A stretch of DNA of 22,457 nt from Pseudomonadota bacterium (GTDB lineage: Bacteria > Bdellovibrionota_B > Oligoflexia > Oligoflexales > CAIMVM01). The notes beneath the pieces were generated by a model. The model saw nothing but the letters and a program-made list of their open reading frames with translations. It was not told the DNA's origin and did not search any database. The position numbers and the translations under genes were made by a program. Location: the NCBI GenBank assembly GCA_037142195.1, contig JBAXBA010000059.1, positions 1 through 22,457 of the forward strand, read 5' to 3'. Below, one piece after another: positions 1 to 9,439 of the stretch (its first letter is position 1; every line of letters begins with the position of its first letter).

Positions 1-76
1 CTTTACCCTGCTCTTTACCCTGCTCTTTACCCTGCTCTTTACCCTGCTCTTTACCTTGCTCTTTACCCTGCTCTTT
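1..76 (-). repeat. 12-bp tandem repeat (CTTTACCCTGCT)n, at least 6 copies, encoding (EQGK)n in frame in the DPP IV gene
   Basis: Units at 1-12, 13-24, 25-36, 37-48, 49-60 (one synonymous variant, CAA for CAG) and 61-72, plus a partial unit. Truncated by the window edge. Confidence 0.97.
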
Positions 77-1213
77 AAGACTACATCGCTTTGCAACATG
101 TCCCATGCCATCCCTTGTGGCACAAATAAGGTCTATGGCGTCGTCATGAATATTTACAATTTTAAGAACCGATTCGCCATTAAAGCAAAGAGAGCTTTTG
201 GCTTCGCCTTCGGCGCTATAGATAAATACGCTCGCAAATCCAGTTCTTTCACTCACTAAAACTAATTCGCCACTGGGAGTAAAACGGAGCTTATCTACCA
301 AATTAAACCACGGCAAAGAGGTCTCACTTAAAATCTTCCTTAACACTCGGGACTTCAAATCATATCGAAAAATCTGAGCCTCGGTCTGAAGCCGATTTAA
401 AATCATAAAAAAGAACGCACCTTGATTCCATGCGGCTCGGGCTAAATAAGAGTCCTCAGTGGAAATGGGAACCCAAATCGTTTCGCGGGAGTTTATATCC
501 AAGACACCAAGCTTCCAGGAGACGTTTGTCTTACCTGCTGCAGGATACCTTTGTTCTACAATATCGACGCGATCCGCATAGATCTCGTGGCGTTTTTTGA
601 TTTCTACTTGGGACTCATCAAACTCTTCAAAGGCTATATAGGCTTCGTCGTCCGACCACCAATATCCCTCAAATCTTTGGAGCTCTTCTTCGGCTACAAA
701 CTCCGCGGCTCCTACACTGATCGTTCCACCGCCATGGTTTGTCAGCGGAGTGCTCACCCCTGAGCCCACATTCCATAAATGTAAGTTTCGCTCAGAAATC
801 CAAGAAACATACTGGCCTTTTGGGGAAAACTTGGCATCCATGGCCCCAGACTCCACCACGGGCACGATGCCTCCATCTGCTTGGCGCAAAAAGATTGCCC
901 CTGCAAGAAACAGTAGGACTTGCTGATTAACGGGCGACCACTCATAAGCAGAGATCCCTGAAACAAAAAGTCTCAGTCTTTCTCTACGCGCTTTTTCCTC
1001 GTCCGAAAGCTTTTCATCGTTGGATGTCAGCTGGTTTGTAGCCACGAGCACCCTAGCCGTCTTCGCCTCTAAATCGTAGGCCCACAAGTCCATTTTGCTT
1101 GGATCGCTCGATGAGCCTTTTAAAAACGAAAAAAATCGACAGTCGGGAGAAAAATCTCCGGCCATGATCATAGGGTCTAAGGCGCTGGGACTCATTATTT
1201 CATTTAAATTCAT
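1..1213 (-). CDS. Dipeptidyl-peptidase IV (S9B family), N-terminal beta-propeller; 3' end lies beyond the window edge
   Basis: Hand translation from ATG 1213 is open for 404 codons to the window edge. DPP IV N-terminal motifs: FSPD, LSDEEKARRERLR, YEWSP, DAKFSPKGQYVS, GAAEFVAEEELQRFEGYWWSDD, EQRYPAAG, YLARAAW, LNRLQ, PWFNL, SERTG. Absent from the ORF track because there is no stop in the window. Confidence 0.93.
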   Translation of the reverse strand, partial: MNLNEIMSPSALDPMIMAGDFSPDCRFFSFLKGSSSDPSKMDLWAYDLEAKTARVLVATNQLTSNDEKLSDEEKARRERLRLFVSGISAYEWSPVNQQVLLFLAGAIFLRQADGGIVPVVESGAMDAKFSPKGQYVSWISERNLHLWNVGSGVSTPLTNHGGGTISVGAAEFVAEEELQRFEGYWWSDDEAYIAFEEFDESQVEIKKRHEIYADRVDIVEQRYPAAGKTNVSWKLGVLDINSRETIWVPISTEDSYLARAAWNQGAFFFMILNRLQTEAQIFRYDLKSRVLRKILSETSLPWFNLVDKLRFTPSGELVLVSERTGFASVFIYSAEGEAKSSLCFNGESVLKIVNIHDDAIDLICATRDGMGHVAKRCSLKEQGKEQGKEQGKEQGKEQGKEQGK

Positions 1214-1419
1214 GTGGGTTCTCTCGCTGATTCTGAGTTTCCATTGTAGCTTATTCTTAAATCATCGTCATGCCTTCGTTTTAGGAGGCCTCTCTTTTGA
1301 CTTCGGCTTGTTTTTTTGGCACTGTTTAGGTCGATTCCTGAAAAAATAGGCCTCAACAAAGCTAGAAAAAAAAGGTAGTCTGTGTCGTTCACCCTTCCAC
1401 GATATTTTAAGGAACAAAT

Positions 1420-2295
1420 ATGTTTACGGGTTCTTTTGTTGCTTTAGTTACGCCTTTTCGCGACTCTAAAATAGACGAGAAAGCCTTTGCGGCTCTTATC
1501 GAAATGCATGTAGCTGCCGGAACAGACGGCATTATTCCGTGCGGGACTACAGGAGAATCTGCTACTCTTAGCTTTGATGAGCATCAACACCTGATAAGGC
1601 TTGCCGTTAAATATACGCGCAAAAGAATGAAGGTGATCGCCGGAACAGGCTCAAATAGCACTGCAGAGGCGATTTTTCTGTCCAAAGCCGCTGAAAAAGA
1701 TGGGGCAGATGGCTGTCTTGTAGTCACTCCTTATTACAATAAACCTACCCAGAAAGGTCTTATCCAGTATTTCAAAGAGGTAGCAGAATCCGTTTCCATC
1801 CCCATCATTGCTTACAATGTTCCAGGCCGCACGGGCGTAAATATTATGCCCAAGACCCTTCTTGAAATTTCTCGAAACAAGAATATTTGTGCTGTCAAAG
1901 AAGCTTCTGGTGATTTGGTTCAGATGAGTGAAATCGCCGCCCTCATGGATAAAGATTTCTCGATTCTATCTGGTGACGATATGCTGCTCCTTCCTGGCCT
2001 TTCTATTGGAGCCCGTGGGGTCATCTCCGTCGTGGCTAATATTTTACCCAAAGAGACTAAAGAGTTGATTACGGCCTATCAAGCCCGTGATACCGAAGCT
2101 GCCCTTAAAATTCACAGAAACATGTTTCCCGTCATGAAGGCGATGTTTATGGAAACGAATCCCATTCCTGTAAAGGCCGCCATGGCGCTTCTAGGATGGA
2201 TTCAACCCGAAATCAGGTCTCCACTCACAGAATTAGAGGCCGAAAACCTCGCTTCTTTAAAGAATATTCTTCGTGATTTTGGCCTTAAAGTGTAA
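1420..2295 (+). CDS. dapA: 4-hydroxy-tetrahydrodipicolinate synthase
   Basis: ALVTPF, GTTGESATL, AGTGSNST, VTPYYNKPTQ, YNVPGRTG, catalytic KEASG, LSGDD, ETNPIPVK; 291 aa; AAGGA upstream. Confidence 0.97.
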   Translation: MFTGSFVALVTPFRDSKIDEKAFAALIEMHVAAGTDGIIPCGTTGESATLSFDEHQHLIRLAVKYTRKRMKVIAGTGSNSTAEAIFLSKAAEKDGADGCLVVTPYYNKPTQKGLIQYFKEVAESVSIPIIAYNVPGRTGVNIMPKTLLEISRNKNICAVKEASGDLVQMSEIAALMDKDFSILSGDDMLLLPGLSIGARGVISVVANILPKETKELITAYQARDTEAALKIHRNMFPVMKAMFMETNPIPVKAAMALLGWIQPEIRSPLTELEAENLASLKNILRDFGLKV

Positions 2296-2305
2296 GAGGG
2301 GATTT

Positions 2306-3079
2306 ATGTCCTATTTTTTGACAGTTCTGATCTGTTTTTATGCTACCCTTTCCAAGGGGGGCGATTGGGTTTCTGTAAAACCAGGGCTTTCTTATGCCAC
2401 TTGGTCCTATGCCAACCCGCCCCTCATTCTCCACGCCACTCGATTGGATTTAAGGCAGCCCCATTTTCGGGTGGAGTTGTCTAGAGAAGAAAATCGGGGC
2501 TCCCTACCGACTGTATTTGCAAAACAAATGAACGCCATCGCACTCGTCAATGCGAGTTACTTTAACTCCCAATATTCCTCGCTCGGAGTTACGGTTTCCC
2601 AGGGTAAAGAATGGAATGCTATTTACAGCAGAGAGGAAGTCACAGGCCTCCTTGCTTGCACAGCAAACAGCATCTGCAGCATTAAACATACCTATTCCAA
2701 CGTGATTCAGCCTTCATGGCATACGGCTGTGAGCGGTATCCACTCCTTAGTTAGGAACGGTATCCCACGGGCATCAAATGAAGACCTGAAGTGCCCTAGC
2801 TTTTGCCAATCACAAAACCCGCGTACCGCCGTGGGGCTTTCGGCAGATAATCAAACCCTCTATTTTGTTGTGGTAGAGGGAAGAAGACAAGACTCATTAG
2901 GCATTTCGCTAGCGTCTTTAGGACAAGAAATGAAACTCTTGGGCGCTGCCAATGCTCTCAATTTAGACGGCGGAGGCAGCTCAGAACTCGTGATTGATGG
3001 CAAATTGATCAACCAGAGACCCTTGAATGAGCTGAATGAACGGCCTGTTTCTTCTGCACTCGGAATTGTGGAACTATGA
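2306..3079 (+). CDS. Exported phosphodiester glycosidase (NAGPA/DUF2233) family protein
   Basis: VNASYF, NPRTAVG, VVVEGR, ALNLDGGGSS, ERPVSSAL motifs and a hydrophobic N-terminus. Start moved to ATG 2306, which follows GAGGGG and removes the overlap with dapA. Confidence 0.9.
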   Translation: MSYFLTVLICFYATLSKGGDWVSVKPGLSYATWSYANPPLILHATRLDLRQPHFRVELSREENRGSLPTVFAKQMNAIALVNASYFNSQYSSLGVTVSQGKEWNAIYSREEVTGLLACTANSICSIKHTYSNVIQPSWHTAVSGIHSLVRNGIPRASNEDLKCPSFCQSQNPRTAVGLSADNQTLYFVVVEGRRQDSLGISLASLGQEMKLLGAANALNLDGGGSSELVIDGKLINQRPLNELNERPVSSALGIVEL

Positions 3080-3141
3080 GTCCTCCAGGAAAGTTACTTC
3101 CCTTTTACTACGTTGTCCCGGCCAAGGAGACCTGATTTAAT

Positions 3142-3882
3142 ATGAAAATAGCGATCCTCCGCCTAGCAGCACTTTTTTTCTTAGCGTCTTGTTCCAGTCT
3201 CTATTCGGAATCCTTCCGTGCCGCTTCTGCTGAGGATCTTCTGGCACCTGCCAATATTGCAGTTCTTCCTTGCATAAGTTGGCCCACCAAACACGCCTTC
3301 GCCAACTCAGGCTCAGGGGTGTACGACCGCACCCAAATGGAAAAAGCTTGTAAACTCTACGATACTTTTATTCTAAGTTCTTTCAGTGGCCAGCCCTTTA
3401 TGAAAGGTAAAACGCCTCGGCTCATACAAAAAGCATTAGAAATAGCAGGCAAACCTGATCTCATGGTCCAGTTGCCACGCTTAATGGAAGAAAGCGCTCC
3501 TTGCGAGGATTGTCAGGGACCGCTTTCCTATTTTCGAACGACTTTGTTTCAAGACAAGGGATTTCAAAACTGGATGATCGAGTTCAAAAAGGCATCTCCC
3601 CACTCAGACGCCTTATTGCTTCCTATCATTTTTGATCATTTAGAGGTGAAAGATCAGGATCGGGGTTTAGATCGAGCTCTACGCTCTACCAAAATTGCAC
3701 TCCTACTGATTCGTACTTATAACGACTCTATCCAGTGGTATTCCACAAGAGTGGGGCAAACCTCCTCTGTGTTTAGCAGTCCCGCTGAATTTCAGTGGCC
3801 AGACTGGTCTTTAGTGTATGAACAAGTTTTTATAGATTCGCTTTGGAAGGATTTTCCCGGATATCAAATATATAGAGATTGA
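3142..3882 (+). CDS. Hypothetical lipoprotein
   Basis: 246-aa ORF in operon orientation, AAGGAG upstream, signal peptide with lipobox LASC, CxxC (CEDC). Confidence 0.8.
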   Translation: MKIAILRLAALFFLASCSSLYSESFRAASAEDLLAPANIAVLPCISWPTKHAFANSGSGVYDRTQMEKACKLYDTFILSSFSGQPFMKGKTPRLIQKALEIAGKPDLMVQLPRLMEESAPCEDCQGPLSYFRTTLFQDKGFQNWMIEFKKASPHSDALLLPIIFDHLEVKDQDRGLDRALRSTKIALLLIRTYNDSIQWYSTRVGQTSSVFSSPAEFQWPDWSLVYEQVFIDSLWKDFPGYQIYRD

Positions 3883-3890
3883 GGTGAAAG

Positions 3891-5456
3891 ATGTTAAATC
3901 CCGATGAAAAATTAACGCAACTTCGCAAAGAGTCCCTTCTTGGCGGGGGAGAAAAACGCGTTTCTGCCCAGCATAAAAGATCTAAAATGACTGCTCGCGA
4001 GCGTATTGATCTCCTGTTGGATCCTGGCTCTTTTGTCGAGCTCGATGCGTTTGTGGTTCATGACTGCCATGACTTCCAAATGGAAAAAGAGAAGTTTTTA
4101 GGTGACGGTGTAGTCACCGGCTGGGGAACCATTGACGGTCGACTCATTTACTTATTTAGTCAAGATTTCACAGTTCACGGCGGAAGTCTTTCTGCCTCGT
4201 ATGCCAAAAAAATTGTTAAGGTTATGAAACTGGCACTGCAAAATGGGGCCCCTTTCCTTGGCCTCAATGACTCAGGTGGTGCGCGCATTCATGAAGGCGT
4301 CGCAAGCCTAGGTGGATACGCCGACATTTTTTATCAAAACGTCCAAGCCAGTGGCGTGATCCCGCAGCTGTCTTTGATTTTAGGTCCCTGTGCGGGAGGA
4401 GCCGTATACTCTCCTGCCATGACTGATTTTATTTTTATGGTAGACGACACGAGCCACATGTTCATTACAGGCCCAGATGTCATTAAAGCCGTAACGGGTG
4501 AAGAGGTCACCTTTGATGAACTTGGCGGCGCCCAGACCCACTGCAGTCAAAGTGGCGTTGTGGACAAAAGATTTCCTTCAGAGGCTGAAATTTTACAAGC
4601 AGCTAAAACCTTTTTGTCTTACATCCCTTCGAATAATCTTGATGCGCCCCCTTCGGCCCCAAATCCAGAGCTCGAACCGGGCCTTAAAAGCACCCTAGAG
4701 CAAGCGCAAAAGAAAATTGGGACCATTGTTCCAAGCAACTCCAATCAACCCTACAATATAAAAGAAGTGATTGAGTGTGTGGTGGATCCCGAGTCTTTTT
4801 GGGAAATGAAAGAGCATTTTGCCCCCAATATTGTGACCGGCTTTGCCCGCTTAGGTGGCTCCCCCATCGGGGTTGTTGCAAATAACCCCGATCATATGGC
4901 AGGGGTCTTAGATATCAAAGCTTCCCTCAAAGCCTCTCGATTTGTGCGATTCTGTGATTCTTTTAATATTCCCATCGTGACTTTTGTGGACGTTCCAGGC
5001 TTTTTACCTGGGACAGACCAAGAGAAAGGTGGAATCATTTTACACGGCGCTAAACTTCTTTATGCCTATTGTGAAGCTACAGTTCCTTTATTGACTGTGA
5101 TTACCCGAAAGGCTTACGGCGGTGCCTATGACGTTATGGCGTCGAAGCATATCGGCGCTGACCTTAACTTGGCCTGGCCTCGAGCTGAAATCGCCGTCAT
5201 GGGTGCCGAGGGAGCTTGTAACATCATTTTCAAAAAAGAGATCGCAGCTGCCAAAGACCCTTTAGTAGAAAGAAAGAGAATTGTCGACGAATACTCCGCA
5301 AAGTTTGCGACTCCTTATGCAGCAGCTGAACGAGGGTATATTGACGCGGTTATATTCCCTGAGGAAACCAGGTCCTACTTACTCAATGGTCTCAAATCCT
5401 GCAAAGGAAAGCGAGTGAACGCACCTAAACGTAAACACGGCAACATTCCACTATGA
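3891..5456 (+). CDS. pccB: Acyl-CoA (probably propionyl-CoA) carboxylase, carboxyltransferase beta subunit
   Basis: [73 protein letters not shown]-terminal KHGNIPL. Confidence 0.93.
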   Translation: MLNPDEKLTQLRKESLLGGGEKRVSAQHKRSKMTARERIDLLLDPGSFVELDAFVVHDCHDFQMEKEKFLGDGVVTGWGTIDGRLIYLFSQDFTVHGGSLSASYAKKIVKVMKLALQNGAPFLGLNDSGGARIHEGVASLGGYADIFYQNVQASGVIPQLSLILGPCAGGAVYSPAMTDFIFMVDDTSHMFITGPDVIKAVTGEEVTFDELGGAQTHCSQSGVVDKRFPSEAEILQAAKTFLSYIPSNNLDAPPSAPNPELEPGLKSTLEQAQKKIGTIVPSNSNQPYNIKEVIECVVDPESFWEMKEHFAPNIVTGFARLGGSPIGVVANNPDHMAGVLDIKASLKASRFVRFCDSFNIPIVTFVDVPGFLPGTDQEKGGIILHGAKLLYAYCEATVPLLTVITRKAYGGAYDVMASKHIGADLNLAWPRAEIAVMGAEGACNIIFKKEIAAAKDPLVERKRIVDEYSAKFATPYAAAERGYIDAVIFPEETRSYLLNGLKSCKGKRVNAPKRKHGNIPL

Positions 5457-5466
5457 GGTTCTTCTT

Positions 5467-6990
5467 TTGAAAAAATTCAAAAAGGTCTTAATTGCGAATC
5501 GAGGGGAAATCGCTGTTCGCATTATCAGAGCGCTTCGAGAAATGGATATAGAATCGGTTGGTATCTATTCAGAACCAGATCGCTCCAGCTTACATGTAAA
5601 AATGGCCGATTATGCGATTGGTATTTCAGGTTCTACGGCAGCTGAAAGTTATTTAAATATAGACAAAATCATCGCTGCTATTAAGGCCACTGGCGCTGAC
5701 GCGGTCCATCCTGGCTATGGGTTTCTATCTGAAAACTCCATGTTTGTAGATGCGGTTGGAGCCCTGGATGGAGTCACCTTTATTGGCCCCTCTTCTTCTG
5801 CTATGAAAAAACTAGGGGACAAGATAAAAGCTCGCGAGCTGATGACGAAAAATGGTGTTCCCATGGTACCAGGACTCGCGCGTCCCCTTGAGAGTGTCAG
5901 TGACTTGAAAAATGTCGCTCACGAATTAGGCTACCCCCTTATCTTAAAAGCAGCAGCCGGTGGTGGTGGCCGCGGCATGCGAATTGTCCGAAAAGATGAG
6001 GAATTAAAGGATGCCTTTGAAGCTTGCACGAGAGAGGCCATTGCCTACTTTGGGAATCCTGCCGTATTCTGCGAGCGCTATATTGAACATCCTCGTCACA
6101 TTGAAATCCAGGTCATGTTTGATAACAACGGACATGGCATCGCCTTATTTGAACGAGATTGTACGATACAAAGAAGGCATCAAAAACTTATTGAGGAAGC
6201 ACCTAGCGTCTATTTGTCTGACGCCCAACGAACCAGGTTATGTGAAATCGGCATTCAAGCGGGGTTAGCTGCAGGATATTCCGGAGCTGGGACCATTGAA
6301 TTTATTTGTGAATCTCCAGATAAATGTTATTTCATGGAAATGAACACGAGAATTCAAGTCGAGCATCCAGTAACCGAATGGATTACGGGAATCGATCTGA
6401 TCAAACTCATGATTAAAGTAGCTCAAGGAGAGAGTCTTCCAAAATCCCAGTCCGAATTAAGGATTCACGGACATGCCATCGAAGCTAGAATCAATGCTGA
6501 AGATCCTCAACACGGTTTTTTGCCAGCCCCCGGAATTGTGAAAAACATTCGATTCCCCTCTGGCCCCTTTGTCCGTGTAGACACGCATCTCTATCAAGGA
6601 TATGAAATTCCGCCTTTTTACGATTCCATGGTGGCTAAGCTCATTGTTTGGGGGGAGACGCGAGAGGAAGCCCTGCAAAGGCTTCGCAGAGCACTTAATG
6701 ATTTTGAAATTGAAGGCATACCCACCACAATTAAGTTCCATGAGGCCCTGCTTCAACATCCAAGATTTATAAAAAGTGACGTCACCACAAGATTTATTGA
6801 AGAAACAGAATCTTGGTTTGCTGAAGCCTATGAGAAAGGGGAAGGCAAAACTTCTGATGAAGACCTAGCTCTATTGACGGCTGTGCTGGCCGCATCTAAG
6901 TTTCAATCGGAAAGTCACCTCCTCGTCAAAGATGATACCCCTTGGGCTATTACATCACGCCTCGAGGGCGTAGGAAGGAAATCGTCATGA
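5467..6990 (+). CDS. accC: Biotin carboxylase subunit (TTG start)
   Basis: KVLIANRGEIA, HPGYGFLSEN, KAAAGGGGRGMR, ERDCTIQRRHQKLIEEAPS, EMNTRIQVEHPVTE, YDSMVAKL; GAGG upstream of TTG. Confidence 0.95.
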   Translation: MKKFKKVLIANRGEIAVRIIRALREMDIESVGIYSEPDRSSLHVKMADYAIGISGSTAAESYLNIDKIIAAIKATGADAVHPGYGFLSENSMFVDAVGALDGVTFIGPSSSAMKKLGDKIKARELMTKNGVPMVPGLARPLESVSDLKNVAHELGYPLILKAAAGGGGRGMRIVRKDEELKDAFEACTREAIAYFGNPAVFCERYIEHPRHIEIQVMFDNNGHGIALFERDCTIQRRHQKLIEEAPSVYLSDAQRTRLCEIGIQAGLAAGYSGAGTIEFICESPDKCYFMEMNTRIQVEHPVTEWITGIDLIKLMIKVAQGESLPKSQSELRIHGHAIEARINAEDPQHGFLPAPGIVKNIRFPSGPFVRVDTHLYQGYEIPPFYDSMVAKLIVWGETREEALQRLRRALNDFEIEGIPTTIKFHEALLQHPRFIKSDVTTRFIEETESWFAEAYEKGEGKTSDEDLALLTAVLAASKFQSESHLLVKDDTPWAITSRLEGVGRKSS

Positions 6991-7538
6991 AGTGGCAGAT
7001 TAAGGCAAAGACAAAGACACATATCGTCGATCTTCCATCTCAAATCGTAGCTGGCCGAGTTTTTGAAGCTCAAATTGACGGAAGCCCTAGAACATTAAGG
7101 TGGGATCGAGAGGGAAAGACCCTTTTTATCCTTGAAAACACCCCCCAAGGTTCTGTAGTGGAACGTCCTATTTCTCTACGAAGTATCAGGAGCACGAGTT
7201 TTCCAGGAGAACTCGATACGAAGTTTGAACTGGAGATAGCAGGCATACATGGTCACCTTGTTCAAACAAGTGCCCAACGTTATGCGCCAGGCCAAGAAAA
7301 CCGAGAACTCTCAAAAGTGGGAAAAAGCGCGACGATTCGCTCGCCAATTACCGGCAAGGTTTTGAAGATCCTGGTAAAGGAAGGTGACCCTGCAGAAAAA
7401 GGTACGATTCTATTCATCGTAGAAGCCATGAAAATGGAAAATAAAATCTTTGCTCCGTCAGCCGGAATCATAAGTCAGATTAAAGTGACGGAAGGGCAAA
7501 GTGTGATGGCGGGCCACGAGTTGATGTCACTCAAATGA
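6987..7538 (+). CDS. Biotin carboxyl carrier protein subunit with an N-terminal beta-rich extension
   Basis: SPITGKV and the EAMKMEN biotinylation motif. ATG 6987 overlaps the accC stop (ATGA) and follows AGGAAGG. Confidence 0.92.
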   Translation: MKWQIKAKTKTHIVDLPSQIVAGRVFEAQIDGSPRTLRWDREGKTLFILENTPQGSVVERPISLRSIRSTSFPGELDTKFELEIAGIHGHLVQTSAQRYAPGQENRELSKVGKSATIRSPITGKVLKILVKEGDPAEKGTILFIVEAMKMENKIFAPSAGIISQIKVTEGQSVMAGHELMSLK

Positions 7539-7984
7539 TATATAGAGTCTACACATCTTGTTTTGGAATTGGGTTTATAAAAAAGGCTCCTGGAACGTTT
7601 GGGTCTCTTCCTGGACTTTTACTGGGCGTCGCTTTGAGTCGATTTTCGCTTTTGACCAGTGTCGCCATCCTTGCCATTATCGCGGCAGCTGCCTATATTG
7701 CCATTCAGAAAGTGGAACACCAACTAGACTCCCACGACCCCTCAGAAATTGTGATTGATGAAGTCATCGGTCAAGCCATCGCAGTTTTATGGATTGAGCC
7801 TAAACTTTATAGTCTAGTCCTCGCATTTTGTTTGTTCCGGTTCTTTGATATTTTAAAACCGGGCCCCATAGGCTGGGTGGACAAAAAAATCCATGGTCCT
7901 TTAGGAACGATAGGAGATGACATAATTGCAGGTGTTTTTGCAGGTGCGCTCGCCCTATTTCTACATGCCAAGCTATTTCTATGA
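7535..7984 (+). CDS. pgpA: Phosphatidylglycerophosphatase A
   Basis: APGTFGSL, HDPSEIVIDEVIG, FRFFDILKP, GDDIIAG; ATGA overlap with the upstream gene. Confidence 0.95.
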   Translation: MIYRVYTSCFGIGFIKKAPGTFGSLPGLLLGVALSRFSLLTSVAILAIIAAAAYIAIQKVEHQLDSHDPSEIVIDEVIGQAIAVLWIEPKLYSLVLAFCLFRFFDILKPGPIGWVDKKIHGPLGTIGDDIIAGVFAGALALFLHAKLFL

Positions 7985-8319
7985 AGGCAAAGACTTTCTT
8001 ATATAGGGATTGGCGCGGTGCCCTAGTTCCCTAAACACCCGAAAACTTAACAGGCATCACGCGGACAGAGTTTAGAAATCCAATTCTGCTTTGGAGTAAC
8101 TTCCAATGGAATGGAAAACACTTAGCACTTCAAGATTTTTCCATTACAACCGTGTTCACGATAGCCATAATAGGCAACAAGGGAATCTAGTGAACACAGA
8201 ATGGCGTCGTTAGATTTTAATTCCTCTAAGCGAAAGTCCGTTTTCGAAGGACTCAGCAAGCTCCCATAAGGACTGGCAGGAAGCACTAAAAATGGTTTGC
8301 GCACAACCAAAAAAATTAG

Positions 8320-8628
8320 CTAGTTTTTAATGCAATAGCCTTCCAATTCTAACTTCTCATCAAATGAAAAAAAGCCAAGAGCTGTGTAATATTTAGTGGT
8401 AATACCAGATATCGAGCCACCTTTACACTTATCCATCAAATTGTTATAAGCTAGATCTACGAAGTCATTATCCGTTTTCAAGATTATATATTTTTTCTCA
8501 CCCGTTGCCGAAATCTTTGTACCATTTTTCCCAGTCAAACCGGAAAAATCAATGGCTGCATATTGGTGAATGCTATAGGCACAACCCGTCACATTTAGTA
8601 AAAAAAGGAGAAAAAGAATCGACTTCAT
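8320..8628 (-). CDS. Small lipoprotein, paralogue 3 of a triplet
   Basis: Lipobox VTGC; DNDFVD..L...C.GG.I.GI...GYC pattern; 4-nt overlap with the upstream paralogue. Confidence 0.88.
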   Translation of the reverse strand: MKSILFLLFLLNVTGCAYSIHQYAAIDFSGLTGKNGTKISATGEKKYIILKTDNDFVDLAYNNLMDKCKGGSISGITTKYYTALGFFSFDEKLELEGYCIKN

Positions 8629-8969
8629 AGCTGAATCTCCTCTGAAGATTCTTCGCTAGCACGCGCAGCAGATTTGCTACCTTGACTCACACAAAAACCA
8701 GCGGCAGTAATTTCATGCTTTGAAACAAATAGATAACTGGTCGCTTGATAGGTGGTTAAAATGCCTGTGACTTTGCCACTGCAATCCGATCGCAATTTGG
8801 AAGTCAATCCCTCAACGTAATCGTTGTCAAAATTAATGCCCAAGAGCACCCATTTTGAAACGCTGGCCGTTACCTTATTTTTTCTTTCTTTAGGAATAGA
8901 GGTTAGCGATACACTTTTAAGTGATGCACAGCTGACTAATAATAAAAAACCAAAGGGAAGTAATCTCAT
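8625..8969 (-). CDS. Small lipoprotein, paralogue 2 of a triplet
   Basis: Start ATG 8969 with GGAG upstream; lipobox LVSC; FDNDYVE..L...C.GKVTGI...GFC. Confidence 0.88.
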   Translation of the reverse strand: MRLLPFGFLLLVSCASLKSVSLTSIPKERKNKVTASVSKWVLLGINFDNDYVEGLTSKLRSDCSGKVTGILTTYQATSYLFVSKHEITAAGFCVSQGSKSAARASEESSEEIQL

Positions 8970-8971
8970 TT

Positions 8972-9379
8972 CTATTCTCCTGTGCAATATCCTGTCACTC
9001 TCGCCATTTCAGTCGAAACAAAATTAAAATTTCTAAATTCTCTCGTTGAAATAAGACCGTTAACCTCACCATTCATGCACTGTGCTCGTAAATCCGGTGA
9101 AATGTTCGTCCAAATTTGGGGGCGATAGATTACATTTCCAGTTCGGGGGCCATATTGAAACAGTGCAATAATCGAGCTCAACTTCTGAGCACTCTCATTT
9201 TTGTTTGTCACCCTTCCGGCCAACTTTAAAGACTTGTCCATATCGATTCCCAAATCCGAAACTTCAACTTTCAGCTTCTTTCCGGAGCCAACAATATCTC
9301 CAACTTGAACACTGTGAAGCTCTATACATCCCACAGATGTGCAAAAAACGACAACTATCCACGGAAAGTATAATTTCAT
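8972..9379 (-). CDS. Small lipoprotein, paralogue 1 of a triplet (with internal insertion)
   Basis: Lipobox SVGC; LRAQCMNGEVNGL...VTGYC; AGGA upstream; stop lies 2 nt before the next start. Confidence 0.87.
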   Translation of the reverse strand: MKLYFPWIVVVFCTSVGCIELHSVQVGDIVGSGKKLKVEVSDLGIDMDKSLKLAGRVTNKNESAQKLSSIIALFQYGPRTGNVIYRPQIWTNISPDLRAQCMNGEVNGLISTREFRNFNFVSTEMARVTGYCTGE

Positions 9380-9411
9380 AATTCAATACATATCCTATTT
9401 GAATTTTAGTT

Positions 9412-9439
9412 ATGATAAACAGCTATTGGATTTAATCAA
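9412..9439 (-). promoter_or_regulatory. Candidate sigma70 promoter for the lipoprotein triplet
   Basis: Minus strand TTGATT-N16-TATCAT, about 33 nt upstream of ATG 9379. Confidence 0.4.

Noticed and set aside
1..76. CRISPR array or stand-alone Rpn gene
   Set aside because: The repeats have no spacers, and the upstream frame is clearly DPP IV rather than a PD-(D/E)XK protein.
56..1349. Short ORFs at 56-259, 551-763, 739-930, 754-966 and 1095-1349
   Set aside because: Shadows of the DPP IV gene on the minus strand.
1210..1392. 60-aa minus ORF whose stop overlaps the DPP IV start (ATGA)
   Set aside because: It fills the divergent promoter region and has a GTG start and no recognisable motif; the overlap may be chance.
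1214..1419. Lysine riboswitch upstream of dapA
   Set aside because: No L-box conserved core seen, and little space is available.
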